Source: Rubrivivax sp. (lineage in GTDB: Bacteria; Pseudomonadota; Gammaproteobacteria; Burkholderiales; Burkholderiaceae_C). From it: a DNA stretch of 64,000 bases. Positions 50,296-60,034 of the stretch are shown here, one piece after another (position 1 is the first letter of the stretch; every line of letters begins with the position of its first letter). The notes under the pieces are model-generated. The model was not told where the DNA came from and searched no databases. It saw only the letters and a list, made by a program, of their open reading frames with translations. Both the position numbers and the translations under genes were made by a program. The DNA lies in assembly GCA_020852865.1 (NCBI GenBank), contig JADYZZ010000054.1:35496-99495 (forward strand), given 5' to 3'.

Positions 50296-50482
50296 TCGGC
50301 GAGCGGGTCATCGCGCCGGCCGCACCGGCGCTCCATCACGGCGGCGAAGCGGCGTACGCGGTCGACTTGCAGATCCCTGCCCTGCGCGCGTACTGGCCGC
50401 CGGCCCCATCGTGGAGCAAGTCAGCTCGGGCGTCAGTGACGGCGCCACTTCATCGCCTCGCATGCAGCCGTTGCCCGCACGC

Positions 50483-51178
50483 TCAGCGCACCAGCGCCTT
50501 GATGCGCGCCCACAGCGCCGCCTTGGACACGGTGGTCATGGCCGTCGCCTGCATGCACTGGTCCAGCCGATGGGGCCGCGCACGCAGGTCCTCCACGGCA
50601 CCGGCCAGGTCGGCGGCCACGCTGTCGCCGTACGAGCCCTGGGCCTTGGCCATGGCCCGCTTCAGCAGCGCCTTGGGCGGCGCCATCATCGCCAGGTCGA
50701 TGAGGTCACGGCTCATCACGGCATCGTCGCGCCAGCGGTCGGAGTTGGCCAGCAGCTTGCCCGTCGCCATGTCCAGCGCAGTGAGCGTGGCGACGCCGCA
50801 CTGCCTGTCGTCCGGACCCGGTGCTTCGAGTTCGATCCGGCCCTCGAGCACGATCTCGAACTTGATGTCGGCGCCGTCGACCTGCAGCATGGTGCGGATG
50901 CCGTACTGGTCTGCGCGCACCGCGCGCTTCTGGTTCAGCGCGTGGCCGGGCCGGGTGATGGCACGCAGGCCGTCCGGGCCGGTCAGCCGCTGGCGCAGTT
51001 GGCGATAGCCTTCGACCCTGGAAACCAGGAAGTCGATGTCGATCGATTCGCGGTATTCGCCGTAGCGCAACGCGATGGCGGTACCGCCCCCGAAGAGACA
51101 GACATTCGCAGCCAGTACCTCGGCGTCCAGCGCCTCGAGGACGGCCGCTATGCGGCGGTGATGCGCCCGCTCAAACAA
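50483..51178 (-). CDS. AbiEii/AbiGii-family nucleotidyltransferase toxin
   Basis: FGGGTAIAL...YRESIDIDFL, IKFEIV, KLLANSDRW, SRDLIDL. Confidence 0.9.
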   Translation of the reverse strand: MFERAHHRRIAAVLEALDAEVLAANVCLFGGGTAIALRYGEYRESIDIDFLVSRVEGYRQLRQRLTGPDGLRAITRPGHALNQKRAVRADQYGIRTMLQVDGADIKFEIVLEGRIELEAPGPDDRQCGVATLTALDMATGKLLANSDRWRDDAVMSRDLIDLAMMAPPKALLKRAMAKAQGSYGDSVAADLAGAVEDLRARPHRLDQCMQATAMTTVSKAALWARIKALVR

Positions 51179-51650
51179 GCAGGCGCCCTCCGCCCAGTCG
51201 GTCCACCAGGGCCTGCAGCAACGCGCGCTCGGCGGGCTCCATGCCGGCCCGGTCGACGTGACGCCAGTTGCGTTCGTACAGGTTCAAGGCATCCGCCGGG
51301 CTCAGTTCGTCCACGTCGTGCAGCTGCCAGGCCAGGCCCCTGAGCTGATCGAAGTCCGCCAGCCGTATGCTCTGCGGCAGGCTGGCGATGTCGGCCGTGG
51401 CCGGGCGCGCCTGCGGATCGCGAAGCTCCAACTGCAGCCCGACAGCGTCAATCGCGCTCAGGTAGGCGCCCATGGTCACGGATGGCTCGCCGCGCTCGAT
51501 GCGATGCAAGGTCACGCGGGACATGCCCGCGGCCTCCGCGGCCAGCGTGGCGCTGACCTTCTGGCGCTCGCGATGGGCACGAATGCGCTCTCCCAGGGCC
51601 CGGAGCCTGGTGGCGAGTACATCACCGGCAGGAGGCGCTTTGGCGGGCAT
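51171..51650 (-). CDS. XRE-HTH protein with C-terminal LAWQ/YERNWRH domain (putative antitoxin)
   Basis: IRAHRERQKVSATLAAEAAGMSRVTLHRIERG HTH; overlaps the toxin start. Confidence 0.85.
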   Translation of the reverse strand: MPAKAPPAGDVLATRLRALGERIRAHRERQKVSATLAAEAAGMSRVTLHRIERGEPSVTMGAYLSAIDAVGLQLELRDPQARPATADIASLPQSIRLADFDQLRGLAWQLHDVDELSPADALNLYERNWRHVDRAGMEPAERALLQALVDRLGGGRLLV

Positions 51651-51659
51651 TGCGCATCT

Positions 51660-51693
51660 CATTCTATACATTTACTGGAGGTTGTACAGAATG
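51660..51693. promoter_or_regulatory. 11-bp inverted repeat over the HTH-AbiEii promoter
   Basis: CATTCTATACA-N12-TGTACAGAATG (one mismatch); the left arm contains a minus-strand TAGAAT -10 box. Confidence 0.7.
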
Positions 51694-51902
51694 GGCAACA
51701 ACATCGGATCGGACCGTCACGACCTGTGCACGACCGGGCGACGCCCCGCGGTCAGGCCTGCGCAAGCATGGCGACAAGGTCGACTTCCTGCGAGTTGCCG
51801 GCAGCGACGAGAAGTCTTGTCCCTGTCGAGGATGTCGGACAGCTGCAGCCGCTCGTCCGCTTGACGCGCGTACTTGGCGTCGCCCCGATAAAAATCAAAA
51901 AT

Positions 51903-51931
51903 TTGCGACAAATAGTCATAACTGATACACT
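51903..51931 (+). promoter_or_regulatory. Sigma-70-type promoter of the Fic gene
   Basis: TTGCGA-N17-TACACT. Confidence 0.65.
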
Positions 51932-52003
51932 GAAACCGACACACGATGCTCTGAGCTTTTCTCCGTTCAAACAAAGACGACACAGATAGATCGGAGCTCG
52001 TTC

Positions 52004-53581
52004 ATGGTTTCATCAACGCAAAGCGACGGTAAGCTGCACCAACGCAAGCAAAGACGACAAAATGACCTCCGCGGCACGTCCAGCCCAAAAGTGCCGACGG
52101 TCGATGACTCCCTGCTGCTGTACGCAGAGCTGACCCCTGCGGAGATTCGAGCGACCCAGCGCCGACTGCATGCGGGCCGTCTCAAACGCATCGTCCCGGG
52201 CGTCGTTACCGGCCTTGCCGAGGAAACCTGGCCCTCCTTGGTTGCCCGAGAACGCATACGGATCTTGGCAGCGCTCTACCCGAAGGCAGTCGTGGGGCCG
52301 CGCAGCGCCTTCCATGGTGGCGTGCCCAGCCAGGGGGTCATGTACCTGACGTACTCCTACACGAAGAAGGTGGAACTGCCCGGCATGACCGTCCAGTTGC
52401 TGGACGGGCACGGCCCTGCACGAGGCGACGCGCCCATGATGGGACGAGAGCTGTACTTCCCCTCGACCCCTCGTGTCTTGCTGGAAAACCTCACCGTATC
52501 GCGCGCAGCGGTCAGGAAGTCGGTCGGCAAAGCGGAGGTCGAACGCCGACTCATCGAGACCTGCGAGGCGCGCGGCGAGGAAGCGCTCAACGTCCTCAGG
52601 GAGCAGGCGCGCGCTCTCGCTCCGACGCTCGGCCTCGAACGCGAATTCGGCATCCTGGACGCACTCATCGGCGGCGTCCTTGGCACGAAGAAGACGGAGA
52701 TGTCCACTCCTGCCGGCAAGGGGCTGGCGGCCAACGTCCCTTACGACGCAAATCGCCTCGCGCTCTTTGAAGCCCTTGCAGTGGAGTTGCGCTCCGTGCC
52801 TCTGAGGCAGCCTGCTGCGCCCGTCAAGAGCGAACAGGGGCGGGCCCATTTCGCATTCCTCGAGTCGTACTTCAGCAATTTCATCGAGGGCACCGAGTTC
52901 GATGTCGGCGACGCCCGGGCCTTCGTTCTTGAAGGCAAGCCCGTCATCGAGCGCCCCAAGGACTCGCACAACATCATCGGCGTGTTTCGTCAGGCTCTGA
53001 ATCCAGGATGGGCGAACCAGACCCTCGGTTCCGGCGAGCCCGTACTGAATCAGTTGCGCGAGCGCCATGCGGATCAGATGAAAGCGAGGCCGGAGGTCGG
53101 CCCCGGCGAGTTCAAGACGCAAGCAAACAGAGCCGGCAACACCGAGTTCGTGTCACCGCGCCTGGTTCGCGGCACTCTTGTCGAGGGCTCCAAGCTGCTG
53201 CCGACCGTTCCGCCCGGAAGCGCCCGAGCCTTGCTGGCCATGTTCCTCGTCTCCGAGGTTCATCCCTTCACGGACGGCAACGGACGGCTGGCCCGTTTGG
53301 TGATGAACGCGGAGCTGTCGGTTGTCGACGGCTGTCGAATCATCGTGCCGACGCTCTTTCGGGACGAGTACCTCGACTGCCTGCGGGCCCTGACGCGCGA
53401 GCGCATCGTGAAGCCGTACCTCGACGCCATGCAGCGGATTCACGAGTGGACCGCGGCGTTTGACTACGAGGACCTGGACAAGGTCATTGCGGACATGAAA
53501 GCGTGCAACGCGTTCGAGAAGTCACGTACGCAGCACAGGCTGCTCAACCCGCGTCGAACGCCGACCGTACCGCGGCGCTGA
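52004..53581 (+). CDS. Fic-domain protein with long N-terminal extension
   Basis: Complete HPFTDGNGRLAR motif; ESYFSNFIEGT; start uncertain (52004 or a later GTG). Confidence 0.9.
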   Translation: MVSSTQSDGKLHQRKQRRQNDLRGTSSPKVPTVDDSLLLYAELTPAEIRATQRRLHAGRLKRIVPGVVTGLAEETWPSLVARERIRILAALYPKAVVGPRSAFHGGVPSQGVMYLTYSYTKKVELPGMTVQLLDGHGPARGDAPMMGRELYFPSTPRVLLENLTVSRAAVRKSVGKAEVERRLIETCEARGEEALNVLREQARALAPTLGLEREFGILDALIGGVLGTKKTEMSTPAGKGLAANVPYDANRLALFEALAVELRSVPLRQPAAPVKSEQGRAHFAFLESYFSNFIEGTEFDVGDARAFVLEGKPVIERPKDSHNIIGVFRQALNPGWANQTLGSGEPVLNQLRERHADQMKARPEVGPGEFKTQANRAGNTEFVSPRLVRGTLVEGSKLLPTVPPGSARALLAMFLVSEVHPFTDGNGRLARLVMNAELSVVDGCRIIVPTLFRDEYLDCLRALTRERIVKPYLDAMQRIHEWTAAFDYEDLDKVIADMKACNAFEKSRTQHRLLNPRRTPTVPRR

Positions 53582-53700
53582 CCGCCGCGGCCACGACTTC
53601 GTCCTTCAGGAGCGGGAACTCCTTGGCGAGCCTGTTCGACACCCGCCCGCACGACGCCGTAGCGCTGCGCCAGCCAGCGAGAGCCGATCCAATCCGTCAT
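53544..53700 (-). pseudogene. Internally deleted Fic-family gene: about 16 N-terminal codons joined to about 35 C-terminal codons
   Basis: MTDWIGSRWLAQRYGV, then in another frame GRVSNRLAKEFPLLKDEVVAAAVSAAVRSAFDAG*; AT-rich DNA upstream. Confidence 0.55.
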
Positions 53701-53813
53701 GTGGAGCGGCTGCGCAAGCCGTCGAATAGATTAGACGGCACAAATTCCAATTATCTCTGTCTGTGTCGTCAATTTTTCAATTACGCCGCGAAGCGCGTCG
53801 AGACGCCAGGCAC

Positions 53814-54830
53814 CTAAGCACCCGACTCCATGCTCCAGCGCCCAGCCAGGTAGCTGTCGAGGTTGGCCCTGAAGCCCTTGCCGTGGCGGTATTCCCACCA
53901 GCCGACGAGCTGGCCGACGTTGTTGCACAGGCTGCGCGCCATCACGATCGGCGGCACGTACCAGCCGGCGCCGGGCGCCGCGGTGCGCTCGCGCACGCCG
54001 GCTAGAACCGGGCGCACGAGGTTCAGGTACAGGTACACCAGCATCGCAAGCGTCACCAGCAGCAGCCAGGGGTACAGCGGCGCAAGCGCAAGCGGCAGCA
54101 GCCACAGCGCATGGTTGCGCAGGTGGTAGCGCATGGTGCGCAGGTCGGCCGCGCCTATGCGTCCGGTGCCGCGCCCGTACAGGTAGTACTGCTTGCACAG
54201 CTTGCGCATATTGGGCCGCGGACGCCAGGAGACGACGGCGTCTTCGGCCAGCGCGACGCGGCAGCCCAGCGCCTTGGCGCGCCTGGCGAACAGCGTGTCC
54301 TCGGCGGTGTAGAGCCACTCGGGGTAGCCGCCTACCTCGGCCCAGACCGACTTGCGGAAAGCCGAGTTGCGCCCGTGGAAGGTGCGCTCGGCCTCGTCGG
54401 GCGCATTCACCGAAGTCGACAGCACGCCGGCGAACTCCTCGAAGCGGTTGGCGCCGACGATGCGGCGCGCGCCGGTGACGGCCCCGTAAGCGGCGTCGGC
54501 CTCGAGCGGACGCACGAGATGCTCGAGCCAGTCGGGCTCGGGCCGGCAGCCACCGTCGGTGACGGCGATCAGATCCGACTTCGCATGCGCGATCGCGATG
54601 TTGCGGCCGCGCGCGATGTTGACGCCCGGCGCCACGACGACGACCACGACGCCCGGGTGCGCGCGCTCGTACTCGCGCAGGATGTCCTGCGTGCCGTCGT
54701 TCGAGCCGCCGTCGACGACCACGATCTCGTCGGGACGGCGCGTCTGCGCCAGAAAGCCGTCGAGCAGTGCGCGCAGGCCGGCGCGCTCGTTGAGCACCGT
54801 CGAGACGACGGCGACGCTGTGGTGGATCAT
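53814..54830 (-). CDS. GT2 glycosyltransferase
   Basis: VVSTVLNE, VVDGGSND, ARGRNIAI, VTDGGC, GGYPEWLYTAED. Confidence 0.92.
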   Translation of the reverse strand: MIHHSVAVVSTVLNERAGLRALLDGFLAQTRRPDEIVVVDGGSNDGTQDILREYERAHPGVVVVVVAPGVNIARGRNIAIAHAKSDLIAVTDGGCRPEPDWLEHLVRPLEADAAYGAVTGARRIVGANRFEEFAGVLSTSVNAPDEAERTFHGRNSAFRKSVWAEVGGYPEWLYTAEDTLFARRAKALGCRVALAEDAVVSWRPRPNMRKLCKQYYLYGRGTGRIGAADLRTMRYHLRNHALWLLPLALAPLYPWLLLVTLAMLVYLYLNLVRPVLAGVRERTAAPGAGWYVPPIVMARSLCNNVGQLVGWWEYRHGKGFRANLDSYLAGRWSMESGA

Positions 54831-54877
54831 CGCATCGGCCTCGCCTGGCTCACGCCGTTGCTGTGCCTCGCCCGCAG

Positions 54878-55996
54878 TCACGCGCCGACGTCGCCATAGT
54901 CGCCGTCCAGCCCGCTGCGAATCCAGGCCTCGAGCGTCGAAGGCGCCAGCGGCGGCGCGGCATGGATCCAGTAGCGGTTGCCCTTGGACGGCACCGCCTC
55001 GCAGCCCAGCTCGCGCCAGCAGCGCGCCAGCCGCGGCGAGGTCACTTCCAGGCTGGCCCAGGCATGGCCCAGCGCGCGCCAGTGCGCCAGCAGCGCGTGC
55101 AGCATCGCCGGCAGCGCGGCGCTGTCCTCGTCGGCCCAGAGCAGATCGCGCAGCACGGCGCTGCTCACGTGCTCGTCGTAGCGCTCGGTCGTCCACACCG
55201 CGAGCGCGCGCAGCGTGCCGGCCGCGCCGCGCAGCGCGGCCAGGCGCAGCGGCGCCGTCGGCTGCTCGAACAGCCGCCAGTCGAGGTAACGGCTGCCGCG
55301 TTCGAGGCAGGAGCGCTGCGTGGCGCGGCAGCGCAGCCACAGACGCTCGACTTCGTCGTCGCAATGCGTGAGCTCCTCGAGCCGCAGCCGGCCGGTGGCG
55401 AGCGCGCTGCGCTCGCGCCGCACGAGCAGCAGATCGAGCGGCGCGCCGAGCACGCGCCCGAGCGTGCCGCCGAAGCGGCGCTGCAGCGAGCCGACGTAGC
55501 TCGCACGCACGCGATGGAAGCCGCTGTCGCGGCCGCCGATGGCGGCGAAGCCGAGCCGGGCATACGACTTCTGGGTGACGACGCCCGCACTCGTGCTGCC
55601 GCTGATGCGGGCAAAGGCGCGGCTGGCGTCGATGAGTGCGGTGCCCAGCCCCTGCCCGCGCCGGCGCGGGTCGACCGCGGTGTGCGCGGCGAAAGCGGCC
55701 ACCGTCGACGCGCCCTCGAGCCACCAGGGCTGCGCGAACATCGCGCGGAACGCCACCAGCTCGCCTTCGCACCGCAGCCCGACGCCGATGCCCGGCAGCC
55801 GGTGCTGCCAGGGATTGGCGAGCACGCGCGCGTCGAACCAGGCGCGCACCATCGCCTCGCCGCGCTCGAATTCCTCGAAGCTGCGCGCGGCCAGCGCCAC
55901 GCATTCGGCGATGTCGGGCGGCTGCAGCACGAGCGGCTGCACGCCGGCGTCGGCGGCCATCGGCGGCACGGCCGGCATGCCCCGGACGGCGCTCAT
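54878..55996 (-). CDS. GNAT-family N-acyltransferase
   Basis: HTAVDPRRRGQGLGTAL acetyl-CoA motif A; RGSRYLDWRL second GNAT half; ATGA coupling. Confidence 0.8.
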   Translation of the reverse strand: MSAVRGMPAVPPMAADAGVQPLVLQPPDIAECVALAARSFEEFERGEAMVRAWFDARVLANPWQHRLPGIGVGLRCEGELVAFRAMFAQPWWLEGASTVAAFAAHTAVDPRRRGQGLGTALIDASRAFARISGSTSAGVVTQKSYARLGFAAIGGRDSGFHRVRASYVGSLQRRFGGTLGRVLGAPLDLLLVRRERSALATGRLRLEELTHCDDEVERLWLRCRATQRSCLERGSRYLDWRLFEQPTAPLRLAALRGAAGTLRALAVWTTERYDEHVSSAVLRDLLWADEDSAALPAMLHALLAHWRALGHAWASLEVTSPRLARCWRELGCEAVPSKGNRYWIHAAPPLAPSTLEAWIRSGLDGDYGDVGA

Positions 55997-57228
55997 GCGG
56001 GGCCCGCCTCGCCGCGCAGCGGCGCGTGCGCGGGCGGCGCCAGCAGCGTGACCAGCGCCGCGCCGATCGCACCGGCACCGCTCCAGCGCAGCAGCTTGCC
56101 CAGGCGGCGCACGCGCCGAAGGCGCTGCAGGTAGAACGGCAGCCGGCCGCGCCAGCCGTCCAGCAGCCACTCGCGATCCTGGCGCTCGAGCACGCCGCAG
56201 AGCTCGGCCGTGGAGAGGAAGCGCAGCTCGGGCCAGCGCTGCAGCGCGCCCGCGAGCAGCGCATCGAGTTCGCGCCAGGCGTGCGCGCTGCGTTCGTCGT
56301 CCTGCAGGAAGTTGTCGCGGTGGTTCTCGAGCACGCTGGGCCGGCCCTGGGCACGGTCCTCGGCGAGTGTGGCCAGCGCGTGCGCGGCGTCGCGCCCCTT
56401 CTTCGGCTCGAAGTAGCCCGTGCGCACCAGGCGGCGCAGGCCGCCGACGCGCTGGCCGTTGAACCACGCACCCTCGGCGCCGCCCGCCTCGCCCTGCGCG
56501 CCGCGCGTCGTGTAGCGGCAGCCCGGCGTCACCAGCCAGGCGACGCCGTGGCGCGCCCATTCGCGCTCGACCGCCTCGGTCCAAACGAAAGTGGGCGGCA
56601 CGACGATGCGCGGCGCCTCGCCCAGCAGCTCGCGGTAGGCGGCCACCTCGTCGGCCACCGCGGCGGCCACGTCGGCATCGGCATGCGGCCGCGCCGGCAG
56701 CGTGGCGGCATGCACCCAGCGGCTTTGCAGTGCCGAGGGCAGGGCTTCGGTCAGCGCCGGCTGCGGTGCACGGCACCAGGCCTGCACGGCGGGGTCGGCG
56801 CTCGCCATCAGCGTCGCGGGCCAGTAATGCTCGAGGCCGTGCAACTGCCACGCGAGCAGGCCCTCGGCGCGGCCCCGGCGCAAGGACTCCTGCACCGGGC
56901 GCAGCGCGGCGGCGTCCAGGCGCAGGCGGGCATAGCGGCCGGTGGCGGCGATGGCTGCGCCGTCGGGCACCGCGAGCACGAGCGCGAGGCTCGCCACAGC
57001 CGGGCGGCCGCTCGCGTCGCGGTGCCGCGCCAGCACTTCGCACAGGCGCTGCAGGGCCTGCGCCTGGACCAGCGGTCCGGCGCCCCAGTCGTCGCTCTCG
57101 AACACGAGCACGGGCGCCCGGAACACCGGCTCGCGCCACAGGCGCCGCAGCACCGGGGCAAAGGCGAGCGCCACCGCTGCGCAGGCCAGCGCCCAGGCCA
57201 GCATAGCCACGAACACCCACTCGAGCAT
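55993..57228 (-). CDS. Membrane-anchored deacetylase/glycoside-hydrolase-like protein (ESDDWG family)
   Basis: N-terminal TM; VFESDDWG, WQLHGLEHY, VPPTFVW, ENHRDNF. Confidence 0.65.
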   Translation of the reverse strand: MLEWVFVAMLAWALACAAVALAFAPVLRRLWREPVFRAPVLVFESDDWGAGPLVQAQALQRLCEVLARHRDASGRPAVASLALVLAVPDGAAIAATGRYARLRLDAAALRPVQESLRRGRAEGLLAWQLHGLEHYWPATLMASADPAVQAWCRAPQPALTEALPSALQSRWVHAATLPARPHADADVAAAVADEVAAYRELLGEAPRIVVPPTFVWTEAVEREWARHGVAWLVTPGCRYTTRGAQGEAGGAEGAWFNGQRVGGLRRLVRTGYFEPKKGRDAAHALATLAEDRAQGRPSVLENHRDNFLQDDERSAHAWRELDALLAGALQRWPELRFLSTAELCGVLERQDREWLLDGWRGRLPFYLQRLRRVRRLGKLLRWSGAGAIGAALVTLLAPPAHAPLRGEAGPA

Positions 57229-57246
57229 GGCGCGGCGGCGCGAACC

Positions 57247-58620
57247 CTAGCCGGGCCGCTGCCGCAACGCGCCGACCGGCGGCGTCGCTGCGGCCGGCTG
57301 GGCCGCGCCCGCCTGCTGGGCCGCGGCTTGCGGCTGCGCCGCTGCCGCCGCCGGCTGCGCCGCGCTCGGGGCACCGGCGCCCTGCGCCTGCAGCGCCCTG
57401 CGCGCCAGGTCGTAGGTGACGACGACGAGCGCGATCAGGTGGTACAGGTAGTCGAAGTAGCCCAGGCCGAGGAAGGCCCCGCCGACCATGTACGCGGTGA
57501 GGCTGACCTGCAGCATCGCCGCCAGGTTGCCGGCCCAGCGCACCGACTCGTTCTTCTTGGCCAGCCGGATCACGATGCCGCATTTCCACCAGGTCATCGC
57601 CAGCAGCGCGAGGAAGATCCCCAGGCCCACGAAGCCGTGGTGGCCCATCATCTGGAAGTAGATGCTGTGCGAGTCGTGCACGTCGTGCGGCACCGGTGCG
57701 TAGCGCTGGAACGAGGGCGCCAGGAAGGATTCGAAGCCGCCGCCGAAGAAACGGTCGCGCGCCATGTTCCAGGCCATCCACCAGGCGTTGATGCGGCCCA
57801 GCGCCGAGGCGTCGCTGTCGTAGGTCTTGATCGTGTCCATGCGCTCGTACCACGAGGCCGGCATCAGGTCGGCGACGACGGCGACCAGGGCCACGATCAG
57901 CAGGCCGCTCCAGACCTTGTTGCGGCTCTTGAGCCAGAACAACAGGCCCGTGGCGGCAAGTGCGACGAGCGCGCCGCGCGACTGGCTGCCGACGGCCGAG
58001 ATGGCGGTGAGCGCCATGCCGGCCAGCAGGCCCAGGCGCACCCACTTGCCGCGGGCCTCGAGCTGCAGGTAGCGCATCAGCGGGATCGTCATCGTCATCG
58101 CCAGCGCCAGTTCGTTGTTGCCGCCGATGAAGGTGCCGAATGGCCCCTGCACGCGGTACACGCCGCCGTGAGCGATGGTGAACAGACCGCCCTTGATGCC
58201 GTAGTAGCCGAGCGACAGCACGATGACCCAGACGAAGGCCCGCACCTTCTCGCGCGAGGTGAGCATCAGCAGCGTCATCGCGGTGAGGATCTGGATCTTC
58301 AGCACCTTCACGTACTGGATGATCGCCAGTTCCTGATACAGCGCCTGCGTCGTCGTCAGCCCCATCCAGGCCACAAACACCACGAGCAGCGTCATCTCGC
58401 GGCTCCAGACCAGGCGCTTGGCCTCCTTCGACATCAGCATGCCGACGAGGGTGGCGATGGCGACGATCTGCACCACCGGCATCTCGAGCATGAAGCCGTA
58501 GCACAGGCGGTGCGGGTTCATGTAGCCCAGCCAGGCGAGCAGCAGCACGCCCCAGAACGGGCGCTTGAGCACGAACGGCAGCGAGCCGAAGACGATGCCG
58601 GCGAGGACGAGGTCACGCAT
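57247..58620 (-). CDS. Putative O-glycosylation ligase, exosortase A-associated
   Basis: MRDL...WLGYMNPHR, GGNNELA, SQSRGA, SALGRINAWWMA, HDSHSIYFQ. Confidence 0.88.
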   Translation of the reverse strand: MRDLVLAGIVFGSLPFVLKRPFWGVLLLAWLGYMNPHRLCYGFMLEMPVVQIVAIATLVGMLMSKEAKRLVWSREMTLLVVFVAWMGLTTTQALYQELAIIQYVKVLKIQILTAMTLLMLTSREKVRAFVWVIVLSLGYYGIKGGLFTIAHGGVYRVQGPFGTFIGGNNELALAMTMTIPLMRYLQLEARGKWVRLGLLAGMALTAISAVGSQSRGALVALAATGLLFWLKSRNKVWSGLLIVALVAVVADLMPASWYERMDTIKTYDSDASALGRINAWWMAWNMARDRFFGGGFESFLAPSFQRYAPVPHDVHDSHSIYFQMMGHHGFVGLGIFLALLAMTWWKCGIVIRLAKKNESVRWAGNLAAMLQVSLTAYMVGGAFLGLGYFDYLYHLIALVVVTYDLARRALQAQGAGAPSAAQPAAAAAQPQAAAQQAGAAQPAAATPPVGALRQRPG

Positions 58621-60019
58621 GGTCGGACAGGGCGGGTTCCGGTGCGCTCACGGGGCCGGCCTGGCCCACCTGGCCGACGTGGCTCACGACGTAACGGTAC
58701 TTGCCCGAGCGCTCGGGGGCAATCCCGACCACGCGCTCGACCTGCACGCGCACCGGCTGGCCCAGGCGCGCCTTGAACTGCGCCACGACGCGCGCCTCGG
58801 CGGCGGCGTCGAAGCCGGCGTCGGCGACGACCTGCACGCGCAGCTCGTCGCGGCTTTCCTGCACGATCTTGAACTGGCGGATCTCGGGCAGGTCGCGCAG
58901 CACGTAGACGAGCGCCAGGCCGTGCATCACGGTGCCGTCGGCAGCGACGACGAAGTCGGTCGTGCGGCCCTGGATCTCCTGCAGCAGGGGCAGGCCGCGC
59001 CCGCAGGCACACTGCGCGTCGCCGAGCACGGCCACGTCGCCGGTGCGGTAGCGCACGAACGGGAATTCGCGCGTGGCCAGGTGCGTGACGACGATCTCGC
59101 CGGCCTGGCCCGGGCCGAGCACGCGCCCGGCGGCGTCGACGATCTCGACGATCACGTCCTCGGCCGTCAGGTGCATGCCGCCGGCCGGGCATTCGTGGGC
59201 GATGAAGCCGGCGTCGCGCCCGCCGTAGCCGTTGGCGACGCGGCAGCCGAACACGCGCGCGATGGCCGCGCGCTGCTCGTCGTACAGGCGCTCGCTGGTG
59301 ACGAAGGCCACGGCGATGCCGAGGTCGTCCATGCGCTGGCCGCGCGCCTGGGCGTGGCGCGCGATGTGGCCGAGCGCGCTCGGGTAGCCGAACAGCATCT
59401 TCGGGCGCCGCCTGCGGATCGCGGCGACGAAGCCGTCGAGCTTGCGCTCGCTCATCTCGAAGGCCGGCAGCAGTTCCGTGCGCAGCAGCCGGTCGCGCAG
59501 CGCGCGCACGCGGTCCTGCGCGCCCAGCTCGATCGGCGAACCCCAGACGACGATCTCGGGGTCACCGATGTCGACTCCCCACCAGCGTGTGGCGCGCCAC
59601 TTGGCAGCGACGTCGTGGCTGACGCGCTCCTTGCCGATGAAGAACACGAGCGGCTCGCCCGAGCTGCCGCCGGTGTTGAAGCGCGCGAGGCGGCGCGCCT
59701 GCTCGTGCTCGAGCTGCCCGGTGTGGGCGCGCACGAGCGGCTTGTCGAGCAGGGGCAGGCGCTGCAGGTCGGCCAGGCTCGCGATGCCGGCCGGCTCGAA
59801 GCCGAGCCGTGCGAACAGCTCGCGGTAGTAGGGCACGTGGCGGCCGGCGTCGACGAGCAGCGCGCGCAGGCGTTCGAGCTGCAGCGCGGCGAGCTGCTCG
59901 CGCGTCCACCACTGCGTGCGCTCGAGCCGGCGGCGCACGGCCAGCGTGGCGTGCCCCTTGAGCCGTTCGTGCAGCGGGAACAGCAGGCCGGAGGCGAAGC
60001 GGGTGTAGGCGCCGGGCAT
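58613..60019 (-). CDS. Phenylacetate-CoA ligase-like (CapK-type) adenylating enzyme
   Basis: TGGSSGEP, FGYPS, GYGGRDAG, FPFVRYRTGD, IQGRTTD. Confidence 0.9.
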   Translation of the reverse strand: MPGAYTRFASGLLFPLHERLKGHATLAVRRRLERTQWWTREQLAALQLERLRALLVDAGRHVPYYRELFARLGFEPAGIASLADLQRLPLLDKPLVRAHTGQLEHEQARRLARFNTGGSSGEPLVFFIGKERVSHDVAAKWRATRWWGVDIGDPEIVVWGSPIELGAQDRVRALRDRLLRTELLPAFEMSERKLDGFVAAIRRRRPKMLFGYPSALGHIARHAQARGQRMDDLGIAVAFVTSERLYDEQRAAIARVFGCRVANGYGGRDAGFIAHECPAGGMHLTAEDVIVEIVDAAGRVLGPGQAGEIVVTHLATREFPFVRYRTGDVAVLGDAQCACGRGLPLLQEIQGRTTDFVVAADGTVMHGLALVYVLRDLPEIRQFKIVQESRDELRVQVVADAGFDAAAEARVVAQFKARLGQPVRVQVERVVGIAPERSGKYRYVVSHVGQVGQAGPVSAPEPALSDHA

Positions 60020-60034
60020 CGCGGTACCTCGACC

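Larger units (their letters stand above)
49995..53650. mobile_element. 3.5-kb cassette bracketed by 109-bp imperfect direct repeats (49995-50103 and 53542-53650, 14 mismatches)
   Basis: Manual alignment of the two copies; AT-richer interior at 51650-52100 and 53700-53790; no recombinase seen. Confidence 0.6.

Noticed and set aside
54878-58504. 1208-aa minus-strand ORF, and the similar 885-aa ORF 53814-56471
   Set aside because: Real genes are only the 3' parts (GNAT, GT2); the extensions overlap other well-supported genes in different frames
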